The notes: generated by a model from the letters alone, not told the origin. A stretch of DNA of 62,394 nucleotides, filler included, from 4 parts of 4 records of this genome joined end to end with filler, not necessarily neighbours in it; one strand, 5' to 3'; counted from the whole stretch's first letter, positions 9,515-19,324 are shown. Made by a program: numbers and translations.

Positions 9515-10416
9515 ATGTTATCCTCCAAAATATCCAAAACCATTTTTTTCTTTTGATTCAATATACTCTTACTCAAAGGCTTAACCAAATGCCCAACACT
9601 ATATGTTTCATCCAGCGTTAAAAATTTGTTTTCCGCTAGAGGATTATAGTTTAAAAGCTCAATACAGGCTTTATCTGATACACTTTTTACATAAGATGCA
9701 ATGTTTTTTAAGTTCTCGTCATCATCAGTAAATCCTGGAATCAACGGAATACGAACCGTAATATCAGCTTTCAACTGACACAACAACTCAAAGTTTTTTA
9801 GTATAAGTTTGTTACTAGCCCCAACTATTTTCTTATGTTTTTCATCATCAAAAATTTTAATATCGACAAAGAATTTATCTACATATGTTGCGCATTTTTT
9901 TACAATATCCTTTTTAGCAAAAAGGCATGTTTCTATCGTGGTATGCACGCCCGCTTCTTTGCATAACTTTAAAACTGCAAGCGAAAAATCAGGCTGAAAC
10001 AGAGGATCTCCTCCAGAAAGCGTTACCCCTCCGCCGTGTTTAAAAACTTCATCTCGTAATAACTCATCAACCGCCTGCTTCGATGTAATAGAATAACCAT
10101 CAAATTTTAATGACGATGTCGGGCATTGTTTTACGCACTCACCACAAAGTACACATTTATCTTTGTCTATAACGGTTTTTCCGTCTCTATACGTTACAGC
10201 CCCATACTCACATACTTTTTCGCATTCGCTACATCCAACGCACAACGAAGAAAACCACATAAGTTCAATGTCAATTTTTCTGCCTTCTGGGTTATGACAC
10301 CATGGGCACCTAAGCGGACATCCCTTTAAAAACAACGTGCTTCTAATGCCATCACCGTCATGAATAGCAAATCTTTTTATGTCAAATACAACGCCAGATA
10401 TTTTAGAATCCTTCAT
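9511..10416 (-). CDS. Glycyl-radical enzyme activating enzyme (radical SAM, with 2x[4Fe-4S] insertion)
   Basis: HDGDGIRSTLFLKGCPLRCPWCHNPE (CxxxCxxC), two CxxCxxCxxxC motifs, GGVTLSGGDP, RIPLIPG. Confidence 0.95.
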   Translation of the reverse strand: MKDSKISGVVFDIKRFAIHDGDGIRSTLFLKGCPLRCPWCHNPEGRKIDIELMWFSSLCVGCSECEKVCEYGAVTYRDGKTVIDKDKCVLCGECVKQCPTSSLKFDGYSITSKQAVDELLRDEVFKHGGGVTLSGGDPLFQPDFSLAVLKLCKEAGVHTTIETCLFAKKDIVKKCATYVDKFFVDIKIFDDEKHKKIVGASNKLILKNFELLCQLKADITVRIPLIPGFTDDDENLKNIASYVKSVSDKACIELLNYNPLAENKFLTLDETYSVGHLVKPLSKSILNQKKKMVLDILEDNI

Positions 10417-12778
10417 AGCAAGTCCTTGCTATTATTTCGTCCTGTAAATCTGGTGCAAGCTCTGTAAAGTAAGCGGTATATCCAGCTACCCTTATTGTCA
10501 AACTCTTATAGTTTTCTGGGCTCGCCTGCGCTTTTAATAACTCTTCTTTATTAACTACATTAAACTGTACATGGGTAATTTTTAAATCAACAAAAGCCTT
10601 TAACAATTTAACAAATTTCTCAACATCTTCGTCATTTTCAAAAATCTCTGGTGCAAATTTCATATTAAGCAATGCACCATTACTGCCAAGCATAGAATCA
10701 ATCTTAGAAACCGACTTTAGATGTGCTGTAGGTCCTTTTACGTCTCTTCCATAAACAGCAGACATTCCACCATCCGCTAATGGCTTACCTGCTTTTCTTC
10801 CATCAGCTGTTGCACCTACATTTGCTCCCATAGGAACATGAGCCGATACCGTATATAATCCTGTATGGTATATTCCACCACGCGCATTTTTTAATCCTTC
10901 AAATTTATCAGAAAAATGCTTAATCCAAGTATGAGCAATTTCATCAACCCATTCAATATCATTACCAAATTTAGGTGACTTGTTTAGCATTCTAAGTCTA
11001 AGCAGTTCATCATCCTTATAATCATTTCTAAGTGCATTTAATAAATCCACTTTATCGACTATTGCTTCATCATAAACCAATGTTTTAATAGCAGCCAACG
11101 AATCTGCTATATTAGCTGGCTGAATCACTTGTATTCCTGAAAGATTATATTTAGCACCGCCACCAGTAACGTCCATGCCTTTGCCGATACAATCTTCAAT
11201 AACAGAAGAAAGGAATGCCGATGGTAAGATATCGCAATGCAGTTTTTCCACAATTTCGCAGCATTTAATCATACGATCAAAGAAAAAGTCAATCTGTGCT
11301 ACAAATGCTTTTTCCAAATCCTCGTATGTATTGTAACTAGCCAGTGTACCTGTTTTTGCTCCCATTTGGTTGCCAGTAAGCATACAAACCCCATCATTTA
11401 ACGCCAGCTCTAATGCTTTTACCAAATTAAACATAGCCGCATCAGACCAACCAAGTGCATTACCATGGGTTGTAAGTTCAACACAACCGACAATTGCGTA
11501 GTTGTAAGCATCAGACTTTTCTATACCTTTATTCATGAGTGCAGGGATTATCGCTTCGTCATTAAATATCTGCGGCATTCCACTGCCTTTTCCGATGACA
11601 TTGACACACCATCTTAAAAATTCATGGGATGAACCAGCAAACAATCTTGCCGATAAGTTTGGTTGAGGTAAGCCGAGATGCTCTTGCGCTTTTAAAAACA
11701 AAAATGAAAGTGCATTAGATGCATCCATTCCGTCTTCGGTTTGACCACCAACAGCAACATTGAAACCAATAGGAAAGCCAGCAAAGTATTTTGCTGAATT
11801 ACTGCTTCTAAGGTATACTATCTGATTAAATTTAAGCCACAATGTTTCAACAATTTCGAGAGCTGATTCCATATTCAACTCACCTTTTGCTAAATCTTTT
11901 TCTAAATATGGCAATAAATATTGATCCATTCTTCCTGGCGAAAAAGAAGATGCGTTAGATTCCATCTGCAGTATTACATACAAAAACCAAGTTGCTTGAA
12001 CAGCCTGCCTAAAAGTTTGTGCAGGTTTAGTTTTTAAATGTCCACAAGTTTTCGCAATATCCAAATATTCCTGTTTTTGAAAAGCATCATTTTCTTTTTC
12101 CGCTAATTCATTCGCTAATTTTTCATAACGTTCTATAAATAAAGTTGCACCATTAAGAACAATCTCAATCGCCTCATAAAATTCCTTCTGTTCTAGCTTG
12201 CAGGACTTTGCTTTAGCTTTAGCTTCCTCCAAAATCCCAAGTGGTCCTTTTAAAAGCCATTGTTTTGTATCTGGGCAAATATGCCCTTGTGCATGGTCAG
12301 TTTGGTTGATTTTAGCAACTTTACCAATCAAGCCTTTTTCTTCTCCAATTGTTTCTGCAACCTTATCTTCAAGTGTTTTGCCTTTCCAATAAGGTAAAAT
12401 TTTCTCTCTAAAATCAACTATATCTTTTTTTCGTACTTTAAACTTATCCTGTGGTCTATCAAAAATATTTTCTATCTCATCATCCACCCAAGATATCCCA
12501 GATTCAGGGAAAACAACCCCAGCTCTAACTCCTGCTGTACGGTTTCCTACAATCAGTTCACCTTTATCAATACGAATTTCAATCTGTTTAAGCGATTCGT
12601 ATAAACTAAGTGCACGTTTAATCGTTATCGATTTACCTTCATTTTTTTTATATACATCAGTAACAATCAGTGCTTGCTCTATAGAGACAAAGCGCTCTTC
12701 TTCAATCATTGATTTTTTCAACTGAGCGATTCTCAGTGATTGTTTGATATTTTCTATTTGTTTGATATAATCTTTCAT
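10403..12778 (-). CDS. Glycyl radical enzyme, PflD-like (PFL2 / diol-lyase-isomerase class)
   Basis: C-terminal RVAGY glycyl loop, single-Cys GCVE finger loop, QGH, ESNASSFSPGRMDQ, YFAGFP, PQPNL, YTVSAHVP, TADGR. Confidence 0.92.
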   Translation of the reverse strand: MKDYIKQIENIKQSLRIAQLKKSMIEEERFVSIEQALIVTDVYKKNEGKSITIKRALSLYESLKQIEIRIDKGELIVGNRTAGVRAGVVFPESGISWVDDEIENIFDRPQDKFKVRKKDIVDFREKILPYWKGKTLEDKVAETIGEEKGLIGKVAKINQTDHAQGHICPDTKQWLLKGPLGILEEAKAKAKSCKLEQKEFYEAIEIVLNGATLFIERYEKLANELAEKENDAFQKQEYLDIAKTCGHLKTKPAQTFRQAVQATWFLYVILQMESNASSFSPGRMDQYLLPYLEKDLAKGELNMESALEIVETLWLKFNQIVYLRSSNSAKYFAGFPIGFNVAVGGQTEDGMDASNALSFLFLKAQEHLGLPQPNLSARLFAGSSHEFLRWCVNVIGKGSGMPQIFNDEAIIPALMNKGIEKSDAYNYAIVGCVELTTHGNALGWSDAAMFNLVKALELALNDGVCMLTGNQMGAKTGTLASYNTYEDLEKAFVAQIDFFFDRMIKCCEIVEKLHCDILPSAFLSSVIEDCIGKGMDVTGGGAKYNLSGIQVIQPANIADSLAAIKTLVYDEAIVDKVDLLNALRNDYKDDELLRLRMLNKSPKFGNDIEWVDEIAHTWIKHFSDKFEGLKNARGGIYHTGLYTVSAHVPMGANVGATADGRKAGKPLADGGMSAVYGRDVKGPTAHLKSVSKIDSMLGSNGALLNMKFAPEIFENDEDVEKFVKLLKAFVDLKITHVQFNVVNKEELLKAQASPENYKSLTIRVAGYTAYFTELAPDLQDEIIARTCYEGF

Positions 12779-13036
12779 CATATACCTCCAAGAATAATCT
12801 ATTCAAATTACATATAACTTTATTTAACATGTATATTATAATTTAAAACCATAACTTAAATAACTACTATAACTATCTAAAAAGTGCATTAAAGTGAACC
12901 ACGCTTTTCGTTTCGTCTATAATATTTTTCAACAACAAACTAACTTGGGGATAAAACACCAATACATTATTTAAAAGGTATACTTTTGTGTAGAAGAACC
13001 ACGTGATAAGTTATTGCTTTATAGATACTCTTTATA

Positions 13037-13525
13037 TCAAAGTAGGTACACTTTTTCTAAATGCTTAGATATTGCATCCACAATAATCTGATGATCATCA
13101 TAATGCTCTAAACCCGATACTGTAATATAAGCATATGTTTGTTTACCAGATACACAAACAGGCCAGCATCCTCCACATGCGACAAACGCGTCCTCTCTTC
13201 CTGTCCAAGTTGCTTTAAGCTTTCCGTACTTAAGCTCTAGTGCAGCACGAAACGAACTAACGCCAGTCTCTTTACAAGTATTCAGCTTCTTTTTTATCCA
13301 AATATCTTTATCTGGTGTCATATCAGCCATTTTATGATAAAAAACAAGCATATCATCTTCAACAATGCTAACGACAACATTGCCTCTATATTTAATTTTA
13401 GCAAGCTCGATAATGCGCATGCCTATCGACAGTGCATCCTCTCTGTCAAACGAATTGAAGACCAAGCCTTCTTCTTGAGCACGTGCAATATCAAGCCAGG
13501 ATTCTTTCAACAAAAAATCACACAT
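13037..13525 (-). CDS. Heme-binding/GlcG-like (UPF0303-type) protein
   Basis: F..FD..DAL.IG, WIKKKLNT, SSF, GGCWPV, ITVSGL..YDDHQII. Confidence 0.75.
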   Translation of the reverse strand: MCDFLLKESWLDIARAQEEGLVFNSFDREDALSIGMRIIELAKIKYRGNVVVSIVEDDMLVFYHKMADMTPDKDIWIKKKLNTCKETGVSSFRAALELKYGKLKATWTGREDAFVACGGCWPVCVSGKQTYAYITVSGLEHYDDHQIIVDAISKHLEKVYLL

Positions 13526-14386
13526 CTACTTCATAGCCTCTTGAAAAGCTTCAAGCATAACTTCTTTGTTAGCTTTTTTGCCAGTCCACATTTCTATGTT
13601 GATTGCCGCTTGATTAATAAGCATGCCTGTACCAGTATTCCACTTAGCACCTTTTGCTTCTGCCGCACGCAAAAATGGAGTGACAGCAGGATTTGGAATT
13701 ACATCTTGAACAAACATTTCAGCACTTATAGTATCAACATCCACATTAGGAATAGCATCCACGTTAGGATAAAGACCAATTGGTGTTGCATTTATTAATA
13801 TATCTGTATCTTGCGGAACTTTAAATTTGTGGTCCCACGAAACATAACTGCATTCTTTAGAAATATCTTTTAAAATATTCATCAAGCTTTCGCCTATCTC
13901 AGTATCCTCCGGACGATTCACAACAGTAATGCTTCCAGCGCCGGCCAAGCTAAGCTCTACGCTAATTGCTCTTGCAGCACCACCAGCACCAAGAATAACT
14001 ATTTTTTTATCTTTTGGATCAACACCGTTTCCAGCTAAAGATTCCATAAAACCTTTACCATCAGTATTTTCACCAAAAAGTTTTCCATCAGTATTTACAA
14101 TAGTATTAACAGCCCCAATAAGCTTTGCAGATTCTGAAAGTTCATCTAGATAATCAAGAACTTTTATCTTATGTGGCAATGTACAGTTTATACCTCTCAT
14201 TTTAAAAGCTTTTAAACCTTCAATTGCTTTTTCTAAATCCTCTGGCTCAACATCTATGGTCAAAAAACGCCAAAGGTCGAGACCCATATCCTTAAATGCA
14301 GCTTCCTGAATAACAACACCAGGATTTTCTGCAACTGGATGCCCAAAAACGCCTACCAAATTATCTAAGTAATTTTGTTCTTTCAT
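13526..14386 (-). CDS. Shikimate-dehydrogenase-family oxidoreductase, divergent substrate site
   Basis: GINCTLPHK, IGAVNT, GENTDGKGF, GAGGAARA, NATPIG, GMLINQA. The canonical HSxS and DxxY motifs are replaced by ENPG and DVIP. Confidence 0.85.
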   Translation of the reverse strand: MKEQNYLDNLVGVFGHPVAENPGVVIQEAAFKDMGLDLWRFLTIDVEPEDLEKAIEGLKAFKMRGINCTLPHKIKVLDYLDELSESAKLIGAVNTIVNTDGKLFGENTDGKGFMESLAGNGVDPKDKKIVILGAGGAARAISVELSLAGAGSITVVNRPEDTEIGESLMNILKDISKECSYVSWDHKFKVPQDTDILINATPIGLYPNVDAIPNVDVDTISAEMFVQDVIPNPAVTPFLRAAEAKGAKWNTGTGMLINQAAINIEMWTGKKANKEVMLEAFQEAMK

Positions 14387-14457
14387 ATCCTATATCCTTT
14401 CTATTATCCGAATAACTTTCCTTCGTAAATTCCACTATTATGCGAATATACTTTTTA

Positions 14458-14892
14458 TTATTCTACAACACCTTTTTGAATGATTATATTAGCGTATATA
14501 GCAGTTTCGCCAGTTTGAACAACACAAAAAGATCTTTCCGATTCCCTATAAAAATCATCTCTTTCCAAGTACTCAATAATGGCTTCGCCTCTATCCTCTG
14601 CATCATTAATTATCTCTTTATATTCATCCCAAATATCAACTTTAACATCACGGTCTGGCTGCATAAGTTTTATCGGTTTTTCAGAGTAATCACACGGCAT
14701 CAGTTTCAATATAGCTTTTAACAGTATAGCTACTCCAATACCATCGCAACGAATATATTCGCAATTACCGCGTTTTGAACAAGTTTTTGCTGGGAAATTA
14801 GAATCCCCCAGCACAATTGTGTCCGCATGACCCATCTCTGCTAACACTGCAAGCAAGCTTGGAGATAGGACACTGGGAACATTTCTTAGCAT
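14458..14892 (-). CDS. RbsD/FucU-family protein (second paralog)
   Basis: MLRNVP..LSP.LL, MGHADTIVLGDSNFP, ERDDFY, TGETAIYANIIIQKGV. Confidence 0.9.
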   Translation of the reverse strand: MLRNVPSVLSPSLLAVLAEMGHADTIVLGDSNFPAKTCSKRGNCEYIRCDGIGVAILLKAILKLMPCDYSEKPIKLMQPDRDVKVDIWDEYKEIINDAEDRGEAIIEYLERDDFYRESERSFCVVQTGETAIYANIIIQKGVVE

Positions 14893-14922
14893 ATTATTTC
14901 TCCTGTTATATAAAAGCTTTTA

Positions 14923-15891
14923 TTAAACAGCTTCACGTTTGAGTTTTCTTGTATAACTATCAAGGCTGATAACTAGAACTATAACGATACCTGTTACTAA
15001 GTATTGTGTATATGGTTCTATACCCAGCATATTCATAGCGTTTTGTATAATAGCAATTAATAGCAAACCAATAGCTGTTTGAGGAATACCCCCAACACCG
15101 CCAGCAAGTGATGTTCCTCCTACAACAACCGATGATATAACAGTAAGTGCTGTTAAATTACCATAAGTTGAAGCTCCTGAGTTTAATCTTGATGATAATA
15201 AAATACCTGCAAGTGCTGTTAGTGTTGAACAAATTACGTATGTAGAAGCCCTTATTAATTTAACATTAATACCAGAGTACGCCGCAACCTCATAATCTCC
15301 ACCAAGAGCATAACAGTTTCTTCCGAATTGTGTATAACGCAATATGCAATAAGTTAGAATAAGCACACCAAACATGATTAAAACAAGGTTAGGAATACCA
15401 AACACCGCCTTACCATTACCAATCATCATAAATTTAAGATTAGCAGGTGATACTGGATGAGCATCCGTAATTTGCATTGCTATACCCGTTAAAATAATAC
15501 CCATAGCAAGTGTTATAATAAATGGTGCTTTTTTTCTGTAAACAACTAGATATCCGTTAACAGCACCAATTAAAGCACCAACTAACAATGATCCAATAAT
15601 TGCAACCCACATTGGTAGCCCAAGGTTTATTAGTTTAATAACAGTAATACCCGAAACAACCAAGCAGCCGCCCACTGAAAGATCAATACCTTCGGCAATA
15701 ATAACCATAGTTATACCAAAAGCTACAATCATATTGATTGAAGCAGAATTCAACATATCGAGCAGGTTATAGCTTGTATAGAAATTTGTATCTCTAAAAG
15801 CCATAATAACCAAGATGATCACAATTGCAACAAACGCTTTTTGCTTTGTTACTACGTTGCCTAATTTTTTAACAAATGATTTTTGATTCAT
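14923..15891 (-). CDS. Sugar ABC transporter permease (RbsC/CUT2 family)
   Basis: GIDLSVG, PFIITLA, TQFGRNCYALGG, VVVGGTSLAGGVG; multiple TM segments. Confidence 0.92.
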   Translation of the reverse strand: MNQKSFVKKLGNVVTKQKAFVAIVIILVIMAFRDTNFYTSYNLLDMLNSASINMIVAFGITMVIIAEGIDLSVGGCLVVSGITVIKLINLGLPMWVAIIGSLLVGALIGAVNGYLVVYRKKAPFIITLAMGIILTGIAMQITDAHPVSPANLKFMMIGNGKAVFGIPNLVLIMFGVLILTYCILRYTQFGRNCYALGGDYEVAAYSGINVKLIRASTYVICSTLTALAGILLSSRLNSGASTYGNLTALTVISSVVVGGTSLAGGVGGIPQTAIGLLLIAIIQNAMNMLGIEPYTQYLVTGIVIVLVISLDSYTRKLKREAV

Positions 15892-15903
15892 CTTATTTCC
15901 CTC

Positions 15904-16878
15904 CTATTGTTGCTCACTGTTATCAGACAAGATAACAAGAAGCAGAACCGCACCACGCATCATATACTGCATGTAAGGTGAAACACCAAGAAGGTTCATA
16001 CAGTTTGAAAGCAAGATTACCATCAATGTACCAAGAGCAGTTCTAAGTACAGATCCTTTACCACCAGTAAGCGCTGTTCCACCAAGAACAACTGCCAAAA
16101 TCGCGTTGGTTTCATAACCAGTTCCTATAACTGGAGATGCTGTTGTTACCCTAGAAAACAGAATTATTGATCCTATACCTGCCATAAGTCCGCTTATAGT
16201 ATAAACACTTATGATGCTTTTCTTTATAGAAATACCAGCCAACCTAGCCGCTGTTTTGTTTCCGCCAGTTAAACTTATAGATCGCCCCATTTTCGTCTTA
16301 TCCTGATAAATATATAAAAGTGCACAAATTACCAAGAATATAATAAACGAAACAGAGAATAAACTTACAGTCCCCTTACCGATAGCTGTAAATATAGAAT
16401 AATTAGTTTCAATATATTTAAAATGCTGAGTCATACCACCAGTATATATCAGCGCAATCGCTTGATACACCTGCCACATACCGTATGTAATAAACAAAGC
16501 TTCCGCTTGGGTTATTGCTCCAGTAACTAAAACTATCAAGCTATTAAAAGCACCACATGCTGCGCCAAGCAATACTCCAATTATCAGTGCAGGAACCTGC
16601 CCTAATGGCTGAATTAAAGATATAGTTACAACCGATACCAATGAAATAGTTCCAGCAACAGAAAGGTCAATGAAACCAGCAATGATAACAAATGTCATAC
16701 CAAGAGAAACCATAATAAGAGGTCCAAACTGGCGCATGATGTTTGTTATGTTGTTAACTGTTAAAAATTTCGGTTCAAAGATAGCCGTTACGATAACCAA
16801 AACAGCAATCAAAATGATGATCATATTATCTCTTGCCGAATTCCAAAACTGTTTTCTTGATTTGAATAGTTCGCTCAT
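15904..16878 (-). CDS. Sugar ABC transporter permease (RbsC/CUT2 family)
   Basis: GMTFVIIAGFIDLSV, GGNKTAARLAGI, AVVLGGTALTGGKGS. Confidence 0.92.
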   Translation of the reverse strand: MSELFKSRKQFWNSARDNMIIILIAVLVIVTAIFEPKFLTVNNITNIMRQFGPLIMVSLGMTFVIIAGFIDLSVAGTISLVSVVTISLIQPLGQVPALIIGVLLGAACGAFNSLIVLVTGAITQAEALFITYGMWQVYQAIALIYTGGMTQHFKYIETNYSIFTAIGKGTVSLFSVSFIIFLVICALLYIYQDKTKMGRSISLTGGNKTAARLAGISIKKSIISVYTISGLMAGIGSIILFSRVTTASPVIGTGYETNAILAVVLGGTALTGGKGSVLRTALGTLMVILLSNCMNLLGVSPYMQYMMRGAVLLLVILSDNSEQQ

Positions 16879-17109
16879 GATACAGCTCCTTCCTCTTCAT
16901 CAAATTTTAGTGCACTTGCCATAATCTCGTCAGGACCCGCTTCATTAGGATCAAATTCGCCTGTGATACGACCATCACAAATAGTTAAAACTCTGTTACT
17001 CATGTTTAAAACTTCAGGAAGCTCAGATGAAATCATGATAATAGAACCGCCCTCTTCGATTATTTTGTTCATCAAAAGGTAAATCTCATATTTTGCACCA
17101 ACATCAATA
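16875..17109 (-). CDS. Sugar ABC transporter ATP-binding protein, C-terminal fragment (cut by contig end)
   Basis: IDVGAKYEIYLLM...IIMISSELPEVLNMSNRVL, the RbsA/MglA second NBD tail. Confidence 0.88.
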
Positions 17110-17209
17110 NNNNNNNNNNNNNNNNNNNNNNNNNNNNNNNNNNNNNNNNNNNNTTAATTAATTAANNNNNNNNNNNNNNNNNNNNNNNNNNNNNNNNNNN
17201 NNNNNNNNN
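17110..17209. other. Artificial contig-joining linker (N44-TTAATTAATTAA-N44)
   Basis: 100-bp N run with a central all-frame stop cassette; genes are truncated on both sides. Confidence 0.97.
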
Positions 17210-17513
17210 GACATGTCAAACAATCTCTGTCGTGGTTTGAAAGAATAAGTTCCAAATTAACTTTTCTCGCATCACGCACTTTCTTAGAGTTTGTTCTAAC
17301 TTCCATACCTTCAGAAACAGGCATAACACATGCAGCCTGAAGGGCTCTTCCGCCAACTATTTCTACCAAACACATACGGCAAGAACCGATTGCATTAACA
17401 CCTTTTAGAAAGCAGAGAGTTGGAATGTCTATATTAGCTTTGACAGCAGCTTCTAAAACAGTACTGTTTTGAGGAGCTTCTACTTTTACACCATCTATAG
17501 TTAAAGTTACCAT
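17210..17513 (-). CDS. hydA: [FeFe]-hydrogenase catalytic subunit HydA / NuoG-like, N-terminal fragment
   Basis: IPTLC, GSCRMCLVE, ACVMP [2Fe-2S] and H.RDCLTC His-ligated [4Fe-4S] motifs, downstream of hydB. The H-cluster part is missing, so hydrogenase identity rests on operon context. Confidence 0.75.
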
Positions 17514-17533
17514 ATATCAATACTCTCCTTTAT

Positions 17534-19324
17534 TTATTTTACTTCGATCGCATCGAATTTACATTTTTCTACACAAGCACCACACTTGATACATTTATCT
17601 TTATCAATAACAAATGGGCTCTTAACTTTACCAGAAATCGCATCAGCAGGACAAACTTTAGCACAAGCACTACATCCAATACATTTATCTTTAATGATTG
17701 AATACTCTTGCATAGCTTTACAATATCCAGCAGGACATTTTTTATCCTTAATATGAGCTTCATATTCATCTCTGAAATACTTAATTGTTGAAAGAACAGG
17801 GTTTGGAGCTGTTTTACCAAGTCCGCAAAGAGCGCCTTCCTTGATAGACGCACCAAGAGCTTCAAGTTTCTCAATATCGCCTTCTTGACCTTTACCTTCA
17901 ACCATGCGCTCAAGAATCTCTAGCATACGCTTTGTACCTATTCTACATGGAGGACACTTACCGCAAGATTCATCAACAGTAAAGTCTAAGAAGAAACGAG
18001 CAACGTCAACCATACAGTTATCTTCATCCATAACAATTAGTCCACCAGAACCCATCATAGAACCAATAGCTGTAAGTGATTCATAGTCGATAGGAGTATC
18101 TAAGTGTGAAGCTGGTATACAACCACCAGAAGGACCACCAGTTTGAGCAGCTTTAAATGCTTTTCCACCAGGGATTCCGCCACCAATATCAAATAAAATT
18201 TCTCTTAGGGTTGTACCCATTTCAATTTCTACAAGACCAGTGTTGTTGATTTTTCCACCCAAAGCAAAAACTTTAGTACCAGCACATTTTTCTGTACCCA
18301 TTGAGTTAAACCAATCAGCACCATTTAATATAATTTGCGCAACGTTTGCAAAAGTTTCTACGTTATTAACTGTTGTTGGTTTTCTAAATACACCAGAAAC
18401 AGCAGGGAATGGTGGTTTTGGTCTTGGCTCACCACGTTCACCTTCGATAGATGCAATAAGAGCAGTCTCTTCACCACAAACGAAAGCACCAGCACCAAGT
18501 CTGATTTCGCAATCAAAGTCAAAACCAGATTCGAATATGTTTTTACCAAGCAGACCATAATCTCTTGCTTGTTTAATTGCAATTTCCAATCTTTCAACAG
18601 CGATTGGATATTCTGCTCTAACATATATATATCCCGTATTTGCACCAATAGCATATCCTTCTATAGCCATAGCTTCAAGAACAGCATGAGGATCACCTTC
18701 AAGTACGGATCTATCCATAAATGCACCAGGGTCACCTTCGTCAGCATTACATACGATATATTTTTCATCACCTTTTACGTCTGCACAGAATTGTAGTTTT
18801 AGTCCAGTAGGGAACCCACCGCCACCACGACCACGTAGACCTGAAGCTTTGATTATATCAATAACCTCTTGAGGTGTCATTTCTGTCAACACTTTACCAA
18901 GAGCTTTATATCCGTCTGTTGCGATATATTCATCAATTTTTTCTGGGTCAATTACACCACAGTTTCTAAGTGCTATACGTTTTTGAGTTCTATAAAACTC
19001 GATATTATTCAATGATTTTTCAACATCATCTTCATCTTCTTTGTAGATAAGTCTTTCAACTTTTCTACCCTTATATAGGTGTTCATTTACAATCTCTTTT
19101 GCATCGTCAGCTGTAACTCTGCTATAGAATGTACCTTCTGGATAAACTATAACTATAGGACCAACTTCGCAAAGACCAAAACAACCAGTTTTTACAACTT
19201 TAACCTCTTTTTCTAAACCTAAGCTTTTAAGCTCTTCTTCCATTTTTGCTAGAATGTCGGCTGAACCGCCAGAATGACAGCCTGTTCCGCCGCAAACTAA
19301 TACATGTGAACGATATATATCCAT
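17534..19324 (-). CDS. hydB: NADH-binding flavin subunit HydB (NuoF-like) of electron-bifurcating hydrogenase
   Basis: N-terminal CGGTGC 2Fe-2S, GLRGRGGGGFPTG, NADEGDPGAFMDR, GAGAFVCGEETAL, ESCGKCPPCRIG, two C-terminal CxxCxxCxxxC. Confidence 0.93.
   Translation of the reverse strand: MDIYRSHVLVCGGTGCHSGGSADILAKMEEELKSLGLEKEVKVVKTGCFGLCEVGPIVIVYPEGTFYSRVTADDAKEIVNEHLYKGRKVERLIYKEDEDDVEKSLNNIEFYRTQKRIALRNCGVIDPEKIDEYIATDGYKALGKVLTEMTPQEVIDIIKASGLRGRGGGGFPTGLKLQFCADVKGDEKYIVCNADEGDPGAFMDRSVLEGDPHAVLEAMAIEGYAIGANTGYIYVRAEYPIAVERLEIAIKQARDYGLLGKNIFESGFDFDCEIRLGAGAFVCGEETALIASIEGERGEPRPKPPFPAVSGVFRKPTTVNNVETFANVAQIILNGADWFNSMGTEKCAGTKVFALGGKINNTGLVEIEMGTTLREILFDIGGGIPGGKAFKAAQTGGPSGGCIPASHLDTPIDYESLTAIGSMMGSGGLIVMDEDNCMVDVARFFLDFTVDESCGKCPPCRIGTKRMLEILERMVEGKGQEGDIEKLEALGASIKEGALCGLGKTAPNPVLSTIKYFRDEYEAHIKDKKCPAGYCKAMQEYSIIKDKCIGCSACAKVCPADAISGKVKSPFVIDKDKCIKCGACVEKCKFDAIEVK

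Noticed and set aside
10403-12778. Pyruvate formate-lyase or choline TMA-lyase
   Set aside because: Single Cys in GCVE (PFL has adjacent CC), no microcompartment or cut genes, and a sugar-catabolic context.
17154-17165. TTAATTAATTAA repeated three times in the window (also 41678-41689 and 47264-47275)
   Set aside because: Always centred in identical 100-bp N runs: an assembly linker with stops in all frames, not a biological repeat.
16875-17513. Apparent co-orientation of the hydrogenase operon with the sugar ABC/GRE island
   Set aside because: Separated by an artificial linker and both genes are truncated, so adjacency is not evidence of linkage.
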